A stretch of DNA of 64,000 bases. Source: Polyangiaceae bacterium (GTDB lineage Bacteria; Myxococcota_A; Polyangia; Polyangiales; Polyangiaceae). How positions within the stretch are numbered: the stretch's first letter is position 1; every line of letters begins with the position of its first letter. The translations under genes and the position numbers were made by a program. Shown here piece after piece: positions 39,203 to 49,118 of this stretch. Below the pieces are notes generated by a model that saw only the letters and a list, made by a program, of their open reading frames with translations, ran no database searches and had not been told where the DNA came from. The stretch lies in contig CBDCTZ010000013.1 of the NCBI GenBank assembly GCA_965222375.1, positions 736,001 through 800,000 of the forward strand. The letters are read 5' to 3'.

Positions 39203-40192
39203 TCAGGTGGTGATCTCGAGTGGGCGCAGGCTCTTCCAGTCGGCGCTGCCGAGGCCACGCTGCTCGCCCAGGTCGAGCCAGCCGAGCTTGCTACGCCTCA
39301 CGCGGATCAGTTGGGAACCCCAGGCATCTGCTGCCACGGCATCTGGGGTCACGCAAATCGTATCGAAGGTCTTCACGTCGTCCAGATTGCCACCCTGCGG
39401 ACCATTGCGCATGAGCGCCCGAGTGGCATCCACGATGGTGAGGGTGGGGCGCATCATTTCGGCCAGGCCCGCGACCGCTTCATCGATTCGCTTGTGCAAC
39501 TTGAAGCGGAGGCCACCGATGGCGCCGAACCAGCCCTTCATGCCAATCGTCGTGCCCGCCAGGCCGTGATGCTTGACGATGGGCAGGCTGATCACTTTGG
39601 CGGCTCGCATATAGGGCTCGAGGACCTGCCAAGGGCCGAAGCCGGGCAAGAACGTGTTGACGTAGTTCGCTTCAGCGGGTGTGACCACCTTGGCTCCAGC
39701 TTTTTCCGCGGCGGCTCGTATTCCAGATTTGGCGAAGGCGGCATCGATGTTCTTGACCGGACCGTCGGTGACGATGACCTCGGCAGCCCCGGCGCCACGG
39801 ACCGCCTGGACCACGGCCGCCACCACGGCAGGACTGGTCGTTACGGCGTAGTGCTGCGACAGATCGAAGCCAATGTTCGGTTTGACGACGACGACATCGC
39901 CCTTCTTGATGAACTGGCCCATGCCGCCGATGGCTTTGAGGGCGGCGTGCACGTTCTTCGCGGCGTCCTTGCCGCGGGCGATCACCATCTTTGGCGAGTC
40001 ACCCGACAATTGCACGCGGTGGTCCGCCATTGGCTTCGGCGGCCCCTCAGGCGTGCGCAAGATGTAGCCGCGCTCCCGAAGTTGATGCACCACGTAGCCG
40101 CCACCTCCAAGCGCGGCCACGCCAGCGCTGGCGCCGCCCCAGAGCAAGATCTTGCGGCGCCGAAGGCGGCGCCCGGTCTTCGGCTCGTCCAT
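39203..40192 (-). CDS. DUF362 domain protein
   Basis: RRR signal-like N-terminus; GDVVVVKPN, TTSP, KHH, GMK, DAVAAD. Confidence 0.85.
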   Translation of the reverse strand: MDEPKTGRRLRRRKILLWGGASAGVAALGGGGYVVHQLRERGYILRTPEGPPKPMADHRVQLSGDSPKMVIARGKDAAKNVHAALKAIGGMGQFIKKGDVVVVKPNIGFDLSQHYAVTTSPAVVAAVVQAVRGAGAAEVIVTDGPVKNIDAAFAKSGIRAAAEKAGAKVVTPAEANYVNTFLPGFGPWQVLEPYMRAAKVISLPIVKHHGLAGTTIGMKGWFGAIGGLRFKLHKRIDEAVAGLAEMMRPTLTIVDATRALMRNGPQGGNLDDVKTFDTICVTPDAVAADAWGSQLIRVRRSKLGWLDLGEQRGLGSADWKSLRPLEITT

Positions 40193-40334
40193 TCGTGGAA
40201 GTCTAGGGTCGGACAACCAGCACGACCAGGTGGCTCATGGCGTTTTGCGGAGTCGCTGGCTGACATTTCCGGCCGCGGGAGCGGCACCGGGCTCGATTGA
40301 CATGGCACTGGAATCGCGCCACATCGGTTTTTCG

Positions 40335-41039
40335 ATGCTCTTCAGCCAGCTCTCGCGTGGCGGGTGCCGTTGGTCCCTGGTCTCAGCCGCTTTGCTGACT
40401 CTGAGCATGGCTTGTGGCTCCCGAAGCGGGCTGAACGAGCTGTTGCCGAGTGGGCAGGCCGGCGCGGGGGCGCAAGCAGGCTCAGCGGGCAATGGGGGCT
40501 CGGCGGGCAATGGGGGTGCCGGCGGCATTGCGGCCAGTCTCAGTGGACTGCGCTGGGAGTTGCCGTGCTACGCGCACGTTTCGAGCGAGGTCTGCGACAC
40601 GGACAACGAGCTGAGCCTGCAGACGACCCTGAAGGGTGACCCTGCCACGTTGTACGCGGTGCGTCTTCGCATCCGTGGAGTGCTCGAAGAGAAGTCTTAC
40701 TCCGGAGGCACGCCCCTCGGGAAATTCACCCTGGGTGGAAAGCCGAAGCTGGACGATTGGAACACGTACGCGCTGAGCGTCAGCGACCCGCCGCAGACGC
40801 TGTACCTGAACCCCGGCGTCTCAGGCCTGTACTACTGCTTCTTGCTGGACGAGACGGTGACCCTGACCATGAGTGGAGGCGCCGTGGTTCGGCTGTGGGC
40901 AGAGGTCTACGACGCTCAGCAGATCACCAATCAGGGCAAAAATGGCAGTGCCATTCTGGTTCCGGGCGTCAAACCGTTCCCCGCTGCTTTCGACGGACAG
41001 TTCGCCCAGGTCGACGTTCTAGACGTCAAACCCATCTGA
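40335..41039 (+). CDS. Hypothetical lipoprotein
   Basis: SMACGSRS lipobox, Gly linker, LRWELPC domain. Confidence 0.7.
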   Translation: MLFSQLSRGGCRWSLVSAALLTLSMACGSRSGLNELLPSGQAGAGAQAGSAGNGGSAGNGGAGGIAASLSGLRWELPCYAHVSSEVCDTDNELSLQTTLKGDPATLYAVRLRIRGVLEEKSYSGGTPLGKFTLGGKPKLDDWNTYALSVSDPPQTLYLNPGVSGLYYCFLLDETVTLTMSGGAVVRLWAEVYDAQQITNQGKNGSAILVPGVKPFPAAFDGQFAQVDVLDVKPI

Positions 41040-41155
41040 CAGGGGTGCGGTCAGAAAACCGGACCCGTGAGCGGTTTCCGGTGCAAGCTCGGCGACGTGA
41101 GGGTGTCTAGGTGTTAGGCGCAGAACAACCCGCACCCCTTTTCCTGAGCTGCAGT

Positions 41156-41902
41156 ATGAGCTGGACGTTATTCCCGAAGACTTGGCCGGCCGCCGCAGTG
41201 CTGTCCGCGGCTTTGACCAGCCTTGGCGGCTGCGCTGCCACCGCGCCGAGCCAGGTCGCTCAGCCACGGGCAATTCAGCTTGAGGAACTAGACGCGCCCG
41301 CGATTGACCGCGGCGCTGTCTACTACGAGTCGGAGATCGGCGGATTGAGCCAAGAAGACGTGAGCGAGCACTTCTTGGCGCTTCGGCCTCGCCTGGAAGA
41401 CTGCGTGCACAAGGCGGCAGGGCGGATGAGCGTACTGGGCGGTCACGTCAATCTCCGGATGCGGCTCGATGGACAGGGCCAGGTGCGCTGGGCCTACCTG
41501 GTGGACAGCACGCTCGGGGATCGGGAGGCAGAACTTTGTGTGCTGCGGCTGGTCAAGAACCGCAGTTGGCCAAAGCCACTCAGTGGCGAAGGGTTGGCTG
41601 AGGCTTCCTTCGAAGTACAACCCGCCGAGCCACCGGGTGACCTGCCGGGGTTCAAGCGACGCCTGCTGGCGGAACGCGCTAACGCCGCAACCCAACGCTG
41701 CCGCCGCGGGATCTCCGGCGAGTTCCGAGCCACGGCCTATGTAGGACAGAACGGCAACGTGCTCTCCGCAGGTGTGGCGCCACCGAGTGAACAAGGGGAG
41801 ACGGTGTCTGACTGTGTCGTGGACGCGTTGCGCGGCATCCGCGTCGGCCGCCTTCGCGCGGGGCAAAGTGGCGCTGCGAAGATCAGCTTCGAACTACGTT
41901 AG
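41156..41902 (+). CDS. Lipoprotein with AgmX/PglI (TonB C-terminal-like) domains
   Basis: LGGC lipobox; STLGDREAELCV...WPKP. Confidence 0.75.
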   Translation: MSWTLFPKTWPAAAVLSAALTSLGGCAATAPSQVAQPRAIQLEELDAPAIDRGAVYYESEIGGLSQEDVSEHFLALRPRLEDCVHKAAGRMSVLGGHVNLRMRLDGQGQVRWAYLVDSTLGDREAELCVLRLVKNRSWPKPLSGEGLAEASFEVQPAEPPGDLPGFKRRLLAERANAATQRCRRGISGEFRATAYVGQNGNVLSAGVAPPSEQGETVSDCVVDALRGIRVGRLRAGQSGAAKISFELR

Positions 41903-41919
41903 ACACCAGAGGGTGCAAT

Positions 41920-43077
41920 TCAGAGTTCGCAGCAGGACTTGAGTGTCCGATACACACCGCCATCGTCAGTGTAGTAGACGTGGGTCACGTCAATCGCTAG
42001 GCCGCCCGTAGACTTCAGCTTCTTGGCGATGGCGGTGATGTTGCCGCCACTCAGGGGCGCCCGTGCCACGCGCCGAGCCGTGTTGCTGTTCCAATACACG
42101 TGGGTGGCATCCAGGGCGATGCGATCCGGTAAGATGGACGTGACGACAGGCATCACGGCTCCGGTGTTGTCCTGATTGCGTGACAGAACTTGCGTTAGAT
42201 CCGTGAAGTAGACCTTGCTGCCTTGCAGAGTCACGTCTGCAGGCGCGGCGAGCCCCGTGGCGACCGGATCGCTGGCCTTGGAAGACAAGTTGTAGCGAAT
42301 CACGTTCTTTCCAAAGGTGCGGTTGGACCACCACACATAGGTGCCATCCGACGCGACGCCCAGGGGATCACTGCCGGACGGTGAAAGCTTCTCGCTACTG
42401 CCACCCGCAGTCGCTACGCGGTACACTCCACCCGGGTAGGTCGTCCAGTACAAGTAGCCGCCCGCCAGAGCCATGCGCTGAGGCGTGGAACCGTCACTGC
42501 TCACCAGCGCGGTCACTTGACCGGTGACCTTGTTGACCTTGGACAGCGCGAGGCTTCCAGTTGCGACGTAGACGTGTGTGCCGTCCACGGCAATGGGCGA
42601 TCGGAAGTCGCCGCTTGCAAGCGTCGCGGCCTTTCCGCCACCCTTGGGCACCTTTCCAACCCCGGGTACGGATACGTAGAAAACGTCTTGGCCGTCGACG
42701 ACGAGGTCGAGGGCACTGAAGGCGTTGGGCAGAAGTTCCACGCCGCAGCTGGTGACGCAGCCACCCGCACCCGCCGAGCCGGCACTGCCACCGGAACCCG
42801 CGAGCCCACCGGAACCTGCCGCGCCCCCGGAGCCGGCCTGGGCGCCAGTTCCAGCAGCGCCTCCCGTGGCCCCGCCGACACCACCGGAACCACTCGAGCC
42901 GGAGGCGGCACCTTGCCCACCCGCGCCCGCGCCGCCACCTCCGCCAGAACCCGACGCGCCCGTGTCCAGCTGTCCAACGGGATCCCCTTCACACCCGAGA
43001 CTCAACGCAGAACTGAAGGTGCTGATGAGCACCCACTGGCAAAGCGCCGTTCGTCTGCTTCGGCGACGCGACGTCAT
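41920..43077 (-). CDS. Lipoprotein with Gly linker and beta-propeller (DUF5050-like)
   Basis: SLGC lipobox; repeated AVDGTHVY/DATHVYW blades. Confidence 0.78.
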   Translation of the reverse strand: MTSRRRSRRTALCQWVLISTFSSALSLGCEGDPVGQLDTGASGSGGGGGAGAGGQGAASGSSGSGGVGGATGGAAGTGAQAGSGGAAGSGGLAGSGGSAGSAGAGGCVTSCGVELLPNAFSALDLVVDGQDVFYVSVPGVGKVPKGGGKAATLASGDFRSPIAVDGTHVYVATGSLALSKVNKVTGQVTALVSSDGSTPQRMALAGGYLYWTTYPGGVYRVATAGGSSEKLSPSGSDPLGVASDGTYVWWSNRTFGKNVIRYNLSSKASDPVATGLAAPADVTLQGSKVYFTDLTQVLSRNQDNTGAVMPVVTSILPDRIALDATHVYWNSNTARRVARAPLSGGNITAIAKKLKSTGGLAIDVTHVYYTDDGGVYRTLKSCCEL

Positions 43078-43454
43078 CTGCGCTTCTTCTTACTACCTGG
43101 CTTGGTCCGCAAGGCACTCTGTACCCGCGCGTGCAGGTCATCGGCTCGCGACTGACGCTGAGCGATGCGCTCTTCGATGGCGAAGTTCGCCTCGACGTCG
43201 TCAGCCAGTTCGTCGCCAGCAAGTCGCCCGACGGCGTGGAGCTGAGGCCCCAGGCGCTCACGCAGTCGTTCTCGGATCCCCTCGCGCACGAGATCCAGAG
43301 CAGCTTGCTTCGCCATCTTCTCCGCCTCGGAATAGAGCACTTGGCTCAGCTCCAGGTCCAAGAACTCGGTGTTGGCCGGACCCTTGTTACCGTCCTGGGG
43401 ACCACTCGACCCACGTGCTCCGCCGCGCCCGTCCCCTTCCCTGCTTCCGCTCAT
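43074..43454 (-). CDS. Hypothetical protein
   Basis: AGGAGG RBS before ATG 43454; stop overlaps the next start; helical composition. Confidence 0.65.
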   Translation of the reverse strand: MSGSREGDGRGGARGSSGPQDGNKGPANTEFLDLELSQVLYSEAEKMAKQAALDLVREGIRERLRERLGPQLHAVGRLAGDELADDVEANFAIEERIAQRQSRADDLHARVQSALRTKPGSKKKRR

Positions 43455-43594
43455 GCTTCCTCCTGAGGGCGGCAGTGTACGCGTGGATTGCCCGAGATGC
43501 CGACGGGGAGTCCGGAGGAAGAGCACCCGCCCTCGGCACCAGAGTTGCACGAGCGACAAAGAAGCGGGAAAATGACGCTCGGGAGGCTTGTGCC

Positions 43595-44650
43595 ATGCGC
43601 TACGCAATTCTTTTTTTAGTCGTGTTCCTTTCCGCCTGCAGCGGGGAGTCCGAATCCGGGCTCAACGGCAGCGGGGGGTCGGATGCCGGCACCACTGGCG
43701 GCAGCGCGGGCAAAGCGGGCTCGGCCGGGGCGAGCGGCAATGCGGGTACCGGAGGTCATAGCGGTGGCGCGGGCACGGCAGGCACCGGAGGTCAGAGTGG
43801 CAGCGCGGGCCAGGGAGGCATTGCGGGGACCGCCGGAGCTGCTGGCGCAGCCGGCAAAGCGGGCGCGGGCGGCGCGGGTGGCGCGGCAACTTGCACCAAC
43901 TGCGATCACTCTTGCTGCGGCAACCGCTGCATCAATCTGGACAACGACATCAACAATTGCGGCAAATGCGGCAACAAGTGCCAGGGCAACAAGCCCTTTT
44001 GCGACAACGGCCACTGCAAAGACAAGGCGCCTTGTGAGGGCGGCACCAAGTGCGGTGCGGTCGAAACTTGCTGCGGCAAGAAGTGTTGCACCTCGGAGCA
44101 AATCTGTTGCCGCGTGCCCGGGCCGGTGATCGGGCCGGACGGCAATCTGGGCTGTGTCAAACCCGTGGATGGCACTTGCCCCCGCGGCTGCAAGACCTGC
44201 GTGTGCAACGCGCCGGATACTCAGATCGCCACGCCCAGTGGCAATCGCGACATCTCGGATTTGCGCCAGGGCGACTGGGTCTACAGCGTGCACCAAGGCA
44301 AGGTCACACCGGTGCGCATATCGCGCACTCATAGCGTGCCGTCCCCGAATCACTTCGTGATGCGGGTTCGACTAGCGACCGGCCAGGTTCTGCGTATCAG
44401 TCCGAGGCATCCCACGACCGATGGCCGGACCTTTGGCGATTTGCGCGCAGGTCAGCGCCTGGACGGCGTGGCCATCGAGTCGGTCGAGCTGATCGCCTAC
44501 GAGGAGTCACACACCTACGACATCCTGCCCGAGTCGGACACGGGAGCGTACTTCGCCGGCGGCGTATTGATCGCGTCAACCCTGACCGGCACGCCGGAGC
44601 ATGCTTTGCCGCTGACCGCCCCCTATAGCAGCGCTCCGGCGGCTCACTGA
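43595..44650 (+). CDS. Lipoprotein with Cys-rich region and C-terminal Hint domain
   Basis: LSAC lipobox; C-NAPDTQIATPSG, SPRHP, TYDI, YFAGGVLIAS. Confidence 0.85.
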   Translation: MRYAILFLVVFLSACSGESESGLNGSGGSDAGTTGGSAGKAGSAGASGNAGTGGHSGGAGTAGTGGQSGSAGQGGIAGTAGAAGAAGKAGAGGAGGAATCTNCDHSCCGNRCINLDNDINNCGKCGNKCQGNKPFCDNGHCKDKAPCEGGTKCGAVETCCGKKCCTSEQICCRVPGPVIGPDGNLGCVKPVDGTCPRGCKTCVCNAPDTQIATPSGNRDISDLRQGDWVYSVHQGKVTPVRISRTHSVPSPNHFVMRVRLATGQVLRISPRHPTTDGRTFGDLRAGQRLDGVAIESVELIAYEESHTYDILPESDTGAYFAGGVLIASTLTGTPEHALPLTAPYSSAPAAH

Positions 44651-45975
44651 CAGCAGATGGTCACCGGGTTCGTCGGTGTGACGGACCCGGTCGTCTGGCC
44701 ACCGGAAGCGGAACAGCTTCCGCCCACAGGCCCGGTCGTGGAGAAGCGGACGGAGCGTGATTCCGAATAGGGCGGCGACGGCGGCGTCGAGTCTGCGGGC
44801 AAGGGTGCGCAATCCCCCGGAGCATTCAAGGTCACCGTTTGGCTCTGACATGAAAAATCTGTGCCCAGCACGACGCTGCCCGAACACGAGGCGCCGGCGG
44901 GGCTACTACAGCTGCAACCACTACAAGTGCGAGTGTCTGCGGCGCTCTGGTAGTACACGCGTCGTTTGTTGTAGGGCCCTGGCGGGCAGGCAAAGTCGCC
45001 ATCTCGCGCGATGCACAAATTGGACAGGTACGGGGCTTTGGGCCGGGGCACACAGGCGCCGACGAAACAACCCGCACCCGTCTCCGGCGAGCCGCACGCC
45101 CGTGCCGTCTCTTTCCACGTCAGCGGAGGCACCACTGGCGGGCTATTGAAGCTAGGCACGCAAGCACCGCCTTGGGGGTCGGACTCAGCCCATGACACGC
45201 TGCGCGCCTGCAGTGAGGTGAGCAGGAACGCCTGACAAATGTTGGCGGGCACCGTGAGGGGCCCACTCAGTGTCCCGCAGCCAGAGTCCGGAGCAAACCT
45301 CAGTGCGGCAGTGGGGCAGACGACCCCTTGGGGCGAACTGCATTTGCAGCCCGAGCACATGGCGGGCAGCGCGTTCGGGCCAGCGTTGCCTTGCTCCGCC
45401 TGCTTCGGGTAACCGCCCGAGGCACCACACGCTGGCGGAGTGCCGCTGCCGACGGAAAGCGCCAGGGGCCCCTGCCAACCAAGCGGAGTTGGGGGGGCGC
45501 AGCGGTAGCCAGCAGTACAGTCGTTGTCGAGGCAGTCGACGAATCCGTCGTTGTCATCGTCGACGCCGTTGAGGCAGTCCTCGACCACGCCGCCGCCGGT
45601 TCCACCCTGGCCCGCAAAGCCAGCGAAGCCCGCTGCAGCGCCTTGCCCTGCGAAACCGGCGAAGCCTGCTGCGGCGCCTTGCCCTGCGAAACCGGCGAAG
45701 CCGGCGTTTCCAGCGAAGCCCGCAAAGCCCGCAAAGCCCGCGAAGCCGGCAAAACCGCCAGTGCCGGCAAAGCCAGACAGCCCGCCCGTGCCCGACAGCC
45801 CGCCAGTTCCGCCAGTGCCGCTGCTCGCGGAAAACCCGCCGCTACCCGCTGTGGCTCCGATCCCTCCGCTGCCGGCGTTGGTTTCGGAAATCTCGCCGAT
45901 GTCTCGGGCACCACAGGACAGCGGACCGAACACCGCCAAAGCAGTCAGTGCCATAAGCAACGCCGTGCGCTTCAT
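44644..45975 (-). CDS. Cys-rich lipoprotein with GFA-repeat linker
   Basis: LSC lipobox; (GFA)n; CLNGVDDDNDGFVDC motif. Confidence 0.78.
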   Translation of the reverse strand: MKRTALLMALTALAVFGPLSCGARDIGEISETNAGSGGIGATAGSGGFSASSGTGGTGGLSGTGGLSGFAGTGGFAGFAGFAGFAGFAGNAGFAGFAGQGAAAGFAGFAGQGAAAGFAGFAGQGGTGGGVVEDCLNGVDDDNDGFVDCLDNDCTAGYRCAPPTPLGWQGPLALSVGSGTPPACGASGGYPKQAEQGNAGPNALPAMCSGCKCSSPQGVVCPTAALRFAPDSGCGTLSGPLTVPANICQAFLLTSLQARSVSWAESDPQGGACVPSFNSPPVVPPLTWKETARACGSPETGAGCFVGACVPRPKAPYLSNLCIARDGDFACPPGPYNKRRVYYQSAADTRTCSGCSCSSPAGASCSGSVVLGTDFSCQSQTVTLNAPGDCAPLPADSTPPSPPYSESRSVRFSTTGPVGGSCSASGGQTTGSVTPTNPVTICCQ

Positions 45976-45993
45976 GCCTCTGCGCACTCTAGC

Positions 45994-46587
45994 TCACACC
46001 GCCGCCGCTTGCACCCGGGCAGCGCGCGCGGCCCGCCGTCGCCGCCAAGCGCGCACGAACCAGACGCAGATCAAGGCGAGCATGAACAGGGCCAAGGGAG
46101 CGAATACTAGGGTCAGCACAGCAACGAAGATGGCCGCCAGCGCCTCTAGGGTCGCCACGAGAAAGTTCGCCAGACCGCCTGTGGCCGCACTGCTCAAGGC
46201 GCGGGTGAAAACCGTTGCGGTTTGAGTCACTCCGGCCGCACCGCCACCTGCGATGATGGCCAACGTCCACTGCGCGACCGGGGGAAGCTCGGTGGTCACG
46301 CCCGCGGTGAGCAAGATCCCGGCAACGACGGCCAGAGGACTAGCCACGGCGTCAAGAGCATTGTCGACCCAGGGTACGTAGTAGGCGAGAAGCTCGATCA
46401 GACTCGCTGCGCCCAAAACGCCAATCGCGACCCAGCTCCCGATCCAATCCGGAGCAGCGTCCGTGACGGGCAGCTCCAGACGCACGGCCACGGCAAGTAT
46501 GAGCGGCGGGACGAACACACGAAAGCCGCACGCGGCAGCAAGCCCGATACCGAGACAAACGCTGAGCACGATACTGAGCGCATCCAT
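45994..46587 (-). CDS. DUF4126 membrane protein
   Basis: GIGLAAACGFRVFVP, YYVPWVDNALD, TGGLAN. Confidence 0.88.
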   Translation of the reverse strand: MDALSIVLSVCLGIGLAAACGFRVFVPPLILAVAVRLELPVTDAAPDWIGSWVAIGVLGAASLIELLAYYVPWVDNALDAVASPLAVVAGILLTAGVTTELPPVAQWTLAIIAGGGAAGVTQTATVFTRALSSAATGGLANFLVATLEALAAIFVAVLTLVFAPLALFMLALICVWFVRAWRRRRAARAARVQAAAV

Positions 46588-46720
46588 GGGACCACTTTGG
46601 CGGACTAGCGACGCGGGGTCAAAAAGCCGGCGCCGGTTGCTCGTGCCGAGAGCAGTTGACGTTCGACCCCCAAGCCGCCAAATGAAGTCATTGCCCGGTG
46701 CGTCCAAGGTTGAAATCGAC

Positions 46721-48214
46721 ATGTTCCACGTCCCACCCGCCCTTCACCGTCCCAACCGCCGAACTCTGCCAGCGCTCGGAGCGGCTGCGCTGGCGGCCGC
46801 CCTCGCTGGCTGTGGTGGGGCCCAACCGAAACAAGAGGTCGGCGCGCCGGCGGCAGCCGCCACTCCGGCGCCACCGAGGGCGGCCGCCCCCGAGAGCCCG
46901 GGCGGACCGACACCAGCGACCGACGAACCCGTCGCCCCGCGCAAAGTGACCTTCGTAGAAAACGACTTTGCGGCGGCCGTCGCAAAGGCAAAGAAGGAAG
47001 ACAAAGTCGTTCTGGTCGATGCCTGGGCGCCGTGGTGTCATACCTGCCTTTCGATGGACAACTTCGTCCTCAACCAGCCTGCCCTTGCCCGCTTCGAATC
47101 TCGGGTTGTGTTTGCGAAAGTCGACACGGACCGGGAACAGAACGCTGCATTCGTGAGCAAGTACGCCATGGACGTATGGCCCACGCTATTCGTGGTGGAC
47201 CCGGAAAAAGGGGAACTGCTCGGCGTGTGGACCGGCGCTGCTTCTCTCCGGGAGCTGGAACAACTCCTGGACGAGTCTCTCCGCTTGCGCGACATGGCAC
47301 GGCAAAAAAAGCTCGATCCCAACGCGCCCGTTGGGCTGCTGCTGAAGGCTCAGCGCGCCATGCTCGAAAGCAAGTACACGGTGGCCGCAGCGGCCTACGC
47401 CAAAGCCGTGAAAGGCTCGCCCAAGACCTGGCCACGCCGCAGCGAGGCGTTGTTCGGCTGGATCAAGAGTCTTCACCACGCTCGCCGGGCAAGGGAATGC
47501 ACGCAAGTCGGCGCCAAGCATGCGAAGGAAGTCCGCGGCGCGGCGCTCCCAGGGGACTTCGGTCGGTATTGGTTTTCCTGCGCCAACGGGCTGCCGAATG
47601 CGCGCCAAAAGAAGCAGGTGCGGCAGGCTGCCATCGCGCACCTACGTCAGCTCGTCGAGCAGCCCTCCGCAGAATCGTCCACAGACGATATTGCAGACGC
47701 TTGGGACATTCTAGCCGATGCCCTCAAAGATACCGGCGACAAGGCGGGCTTCAAGAAAGCGCACGAGCGCCGGCTGCTACTCCTCGAAGCAGCTGCAAAG
47801 GCCGCGCCTTCGCCCGCTGCTGCGGCCACCTTTGACTACGCACGCGCGGGCTCCTACGTCGTGCTCGGGCGCGCGCAAGAGGCCGTGGCCATGCTGGAGG
47901 CGCGAGTAAGGGAGCTTCCGAACAGCTACGAGCCACCCGCACGCCTGGCGTCCTTGCTACACAGAATGGGCAGGGACAAGCAGGCGCGGCCGGCGATCGA
48001 CAAGGTACTGAAGTTGGCCTACGGGCCGCGACGGATGCGCTACCTCGCGCTGAAGGCGGAGATCGAACACAAGCTGGGGAACAAGGCTGCGCGCATCGCG
48101 GCGTTGGAAGAAGAAGTTCGAGCCTGGAAGAAACTTCAGAAGCGGACTCGGATCGCACCCGCCGGCTTGGCAGCCGCGCAGGCGCGCCTCGCGAAGGCCA
48201 AAGTGGGCAGGTAA
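46721..48214 (+). CDS. Thioredoxin-fold + TPR-like lipoprotein
   Basis: LAGC lipobox; WAPWCHTC; helical repeats. Confidence 0.85.
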   Translation: MFHVPPALHRPNRRTLPALGAAALAAALAGCGGAQPKQEVGAPAAAATPAPPRAAAPESPGGPTPATDEPVAPRKVTFVENDFAAAVAKAKKEDKVVLVDAWAPWCHTCLSMDNFVLNQPALARFESRVVFAKVDTDREQNAAFVSKYAMDVWPTLFVVDPEKGELLGVWTGAASLRELEQLLDESLRLRDMARQKKLDPNAPVGLLLKAQRAMLESKYTVAAAAYAKAVKGSPKTWPRRSEALFGWIKSLHHARRARECTQVGAKHAKEVRGAALPGDFGRYWFSCANGLPNARQKKQVRQAAIAHLRQLVEQPSAESSTDDIADAWDILADALKDTGDKAGFKKAHERRLLLLEAAAKAAPSPAAAATFDYARAGSYVVLGRAQEAVAMLEARVRELPNSYEPPARLASLLHRMGRDKQARPAIDKVLKLAYGPRRMRYLALKAEIEHKLGNKAARIAALEEEVRAWKKLQKRTRIAPAGLAAAQARLAKAKVGR

Positions 48215-48224
48215 GGACGCAGCG

Positions 48225-49118
48225 TCAAAACGCGCCGCGAACGGTGGCGAATGCCCCACGGCTTTGCACGCTCACGTCCACCCACGCCGCGTCTTGCGCG
48301 GGCTTCTTCTTGCTGCCAGATGACGAAAGCCAGAGATAGGTGGCGACGCCAATGGAAGCGACGCCCACGCCCAGCGCGATGTCTCCGAGCAGCCGCTTCT
48401 GTTTGATAGAATCCACGTCGTCTTGGGCACAACTCGGTGAACAACCGCTGCTCTCCAAATCGCTCTTGTCGCTCTCAGACGAAACCCAGAAGAACGCGGT
48501 CCCCGCGAGGGCAACGCCGCCAAGGCCGTACAGGATATAGGACGCAACCGGCACGGGCTTCTTTGCTGCATCCTTGGAGTCGAAGTCGAAACCGCCGTCC
48601 CCTTCCGCTTCGTCCCCGCTTCCGACGCCAGCTCCGTCGCTACCGAACTGGATTTCAATGACTTTGTTCTTCTGTCCGGCGCGAAGAATCACCTCTTGTT
48701 CGATCGGGTCTTCGCCTTCGAGCTCGAAGCGAAGTTGGTGGGTGCCGGGGTCGATCTCGATCCCTTTGGTGTCGAGCTTCTCGGCGGCAACCCCCCCATC
48801 GACGCTGACCTTGACATCGAGAGTTTCCTTGCCGGCTGCGTCCTTCGCCACGATCACGATCGACGGCAAGGCGGCGTTTACCTCATCCAGCCAGCTCAAA
48901 CAGTCCTTCTTGACTGCGGACATGCACTCGTCACGGGCGCACACGATGAGCTTCTCGCGCGCTTCTTTCAGATCGCCGTCCCGCTTCATTTTCTGGGCGT
49001 CGACGTAGGCTGCCGCGCATTCCTTCTTAGCGTTGGCCTGCGCTGCCTTGGGGGTCAGTGCCACCCCGGCGAGGCAAAGCGCCACTACGGGCAAAGACTG
49101 CCCTCGAACTGCTTGCAT
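48225..49118 (-). CDS. Exported PEGA-like protein, kinase partner
   Basis: Signal peptide, DPGTHQLRF, C-terminal TMs; TAATG coupling to the kinase. Confidence 0.7.
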   Translation of the reverse strand: MQAVRGQSLPVVALCLAGVALTPKAAQANAKKECAAAYVDAQKMKRDGDLKEAREKLIVCARDECMSAVKKDCLSWLDEVNAALPSIVIVAKDAAGKETLDVKVSVDGGVAAEKLDTKGIEIDPGTHQLRFELEGEDPIEQEVILRAGQKNKVIEIQFGSDGAGVGSGDEAEGDGGFDFDSKDAAKKPVPVASYILYGLGGVALAGTAFFWVSSESDKSDLESSGCSPSCAQDDVDSIKQKRLLGDIALGVGVASIGVATYLWLSSSGSKKKPAQDAAWVDVSVQSRGAFATVRGAF

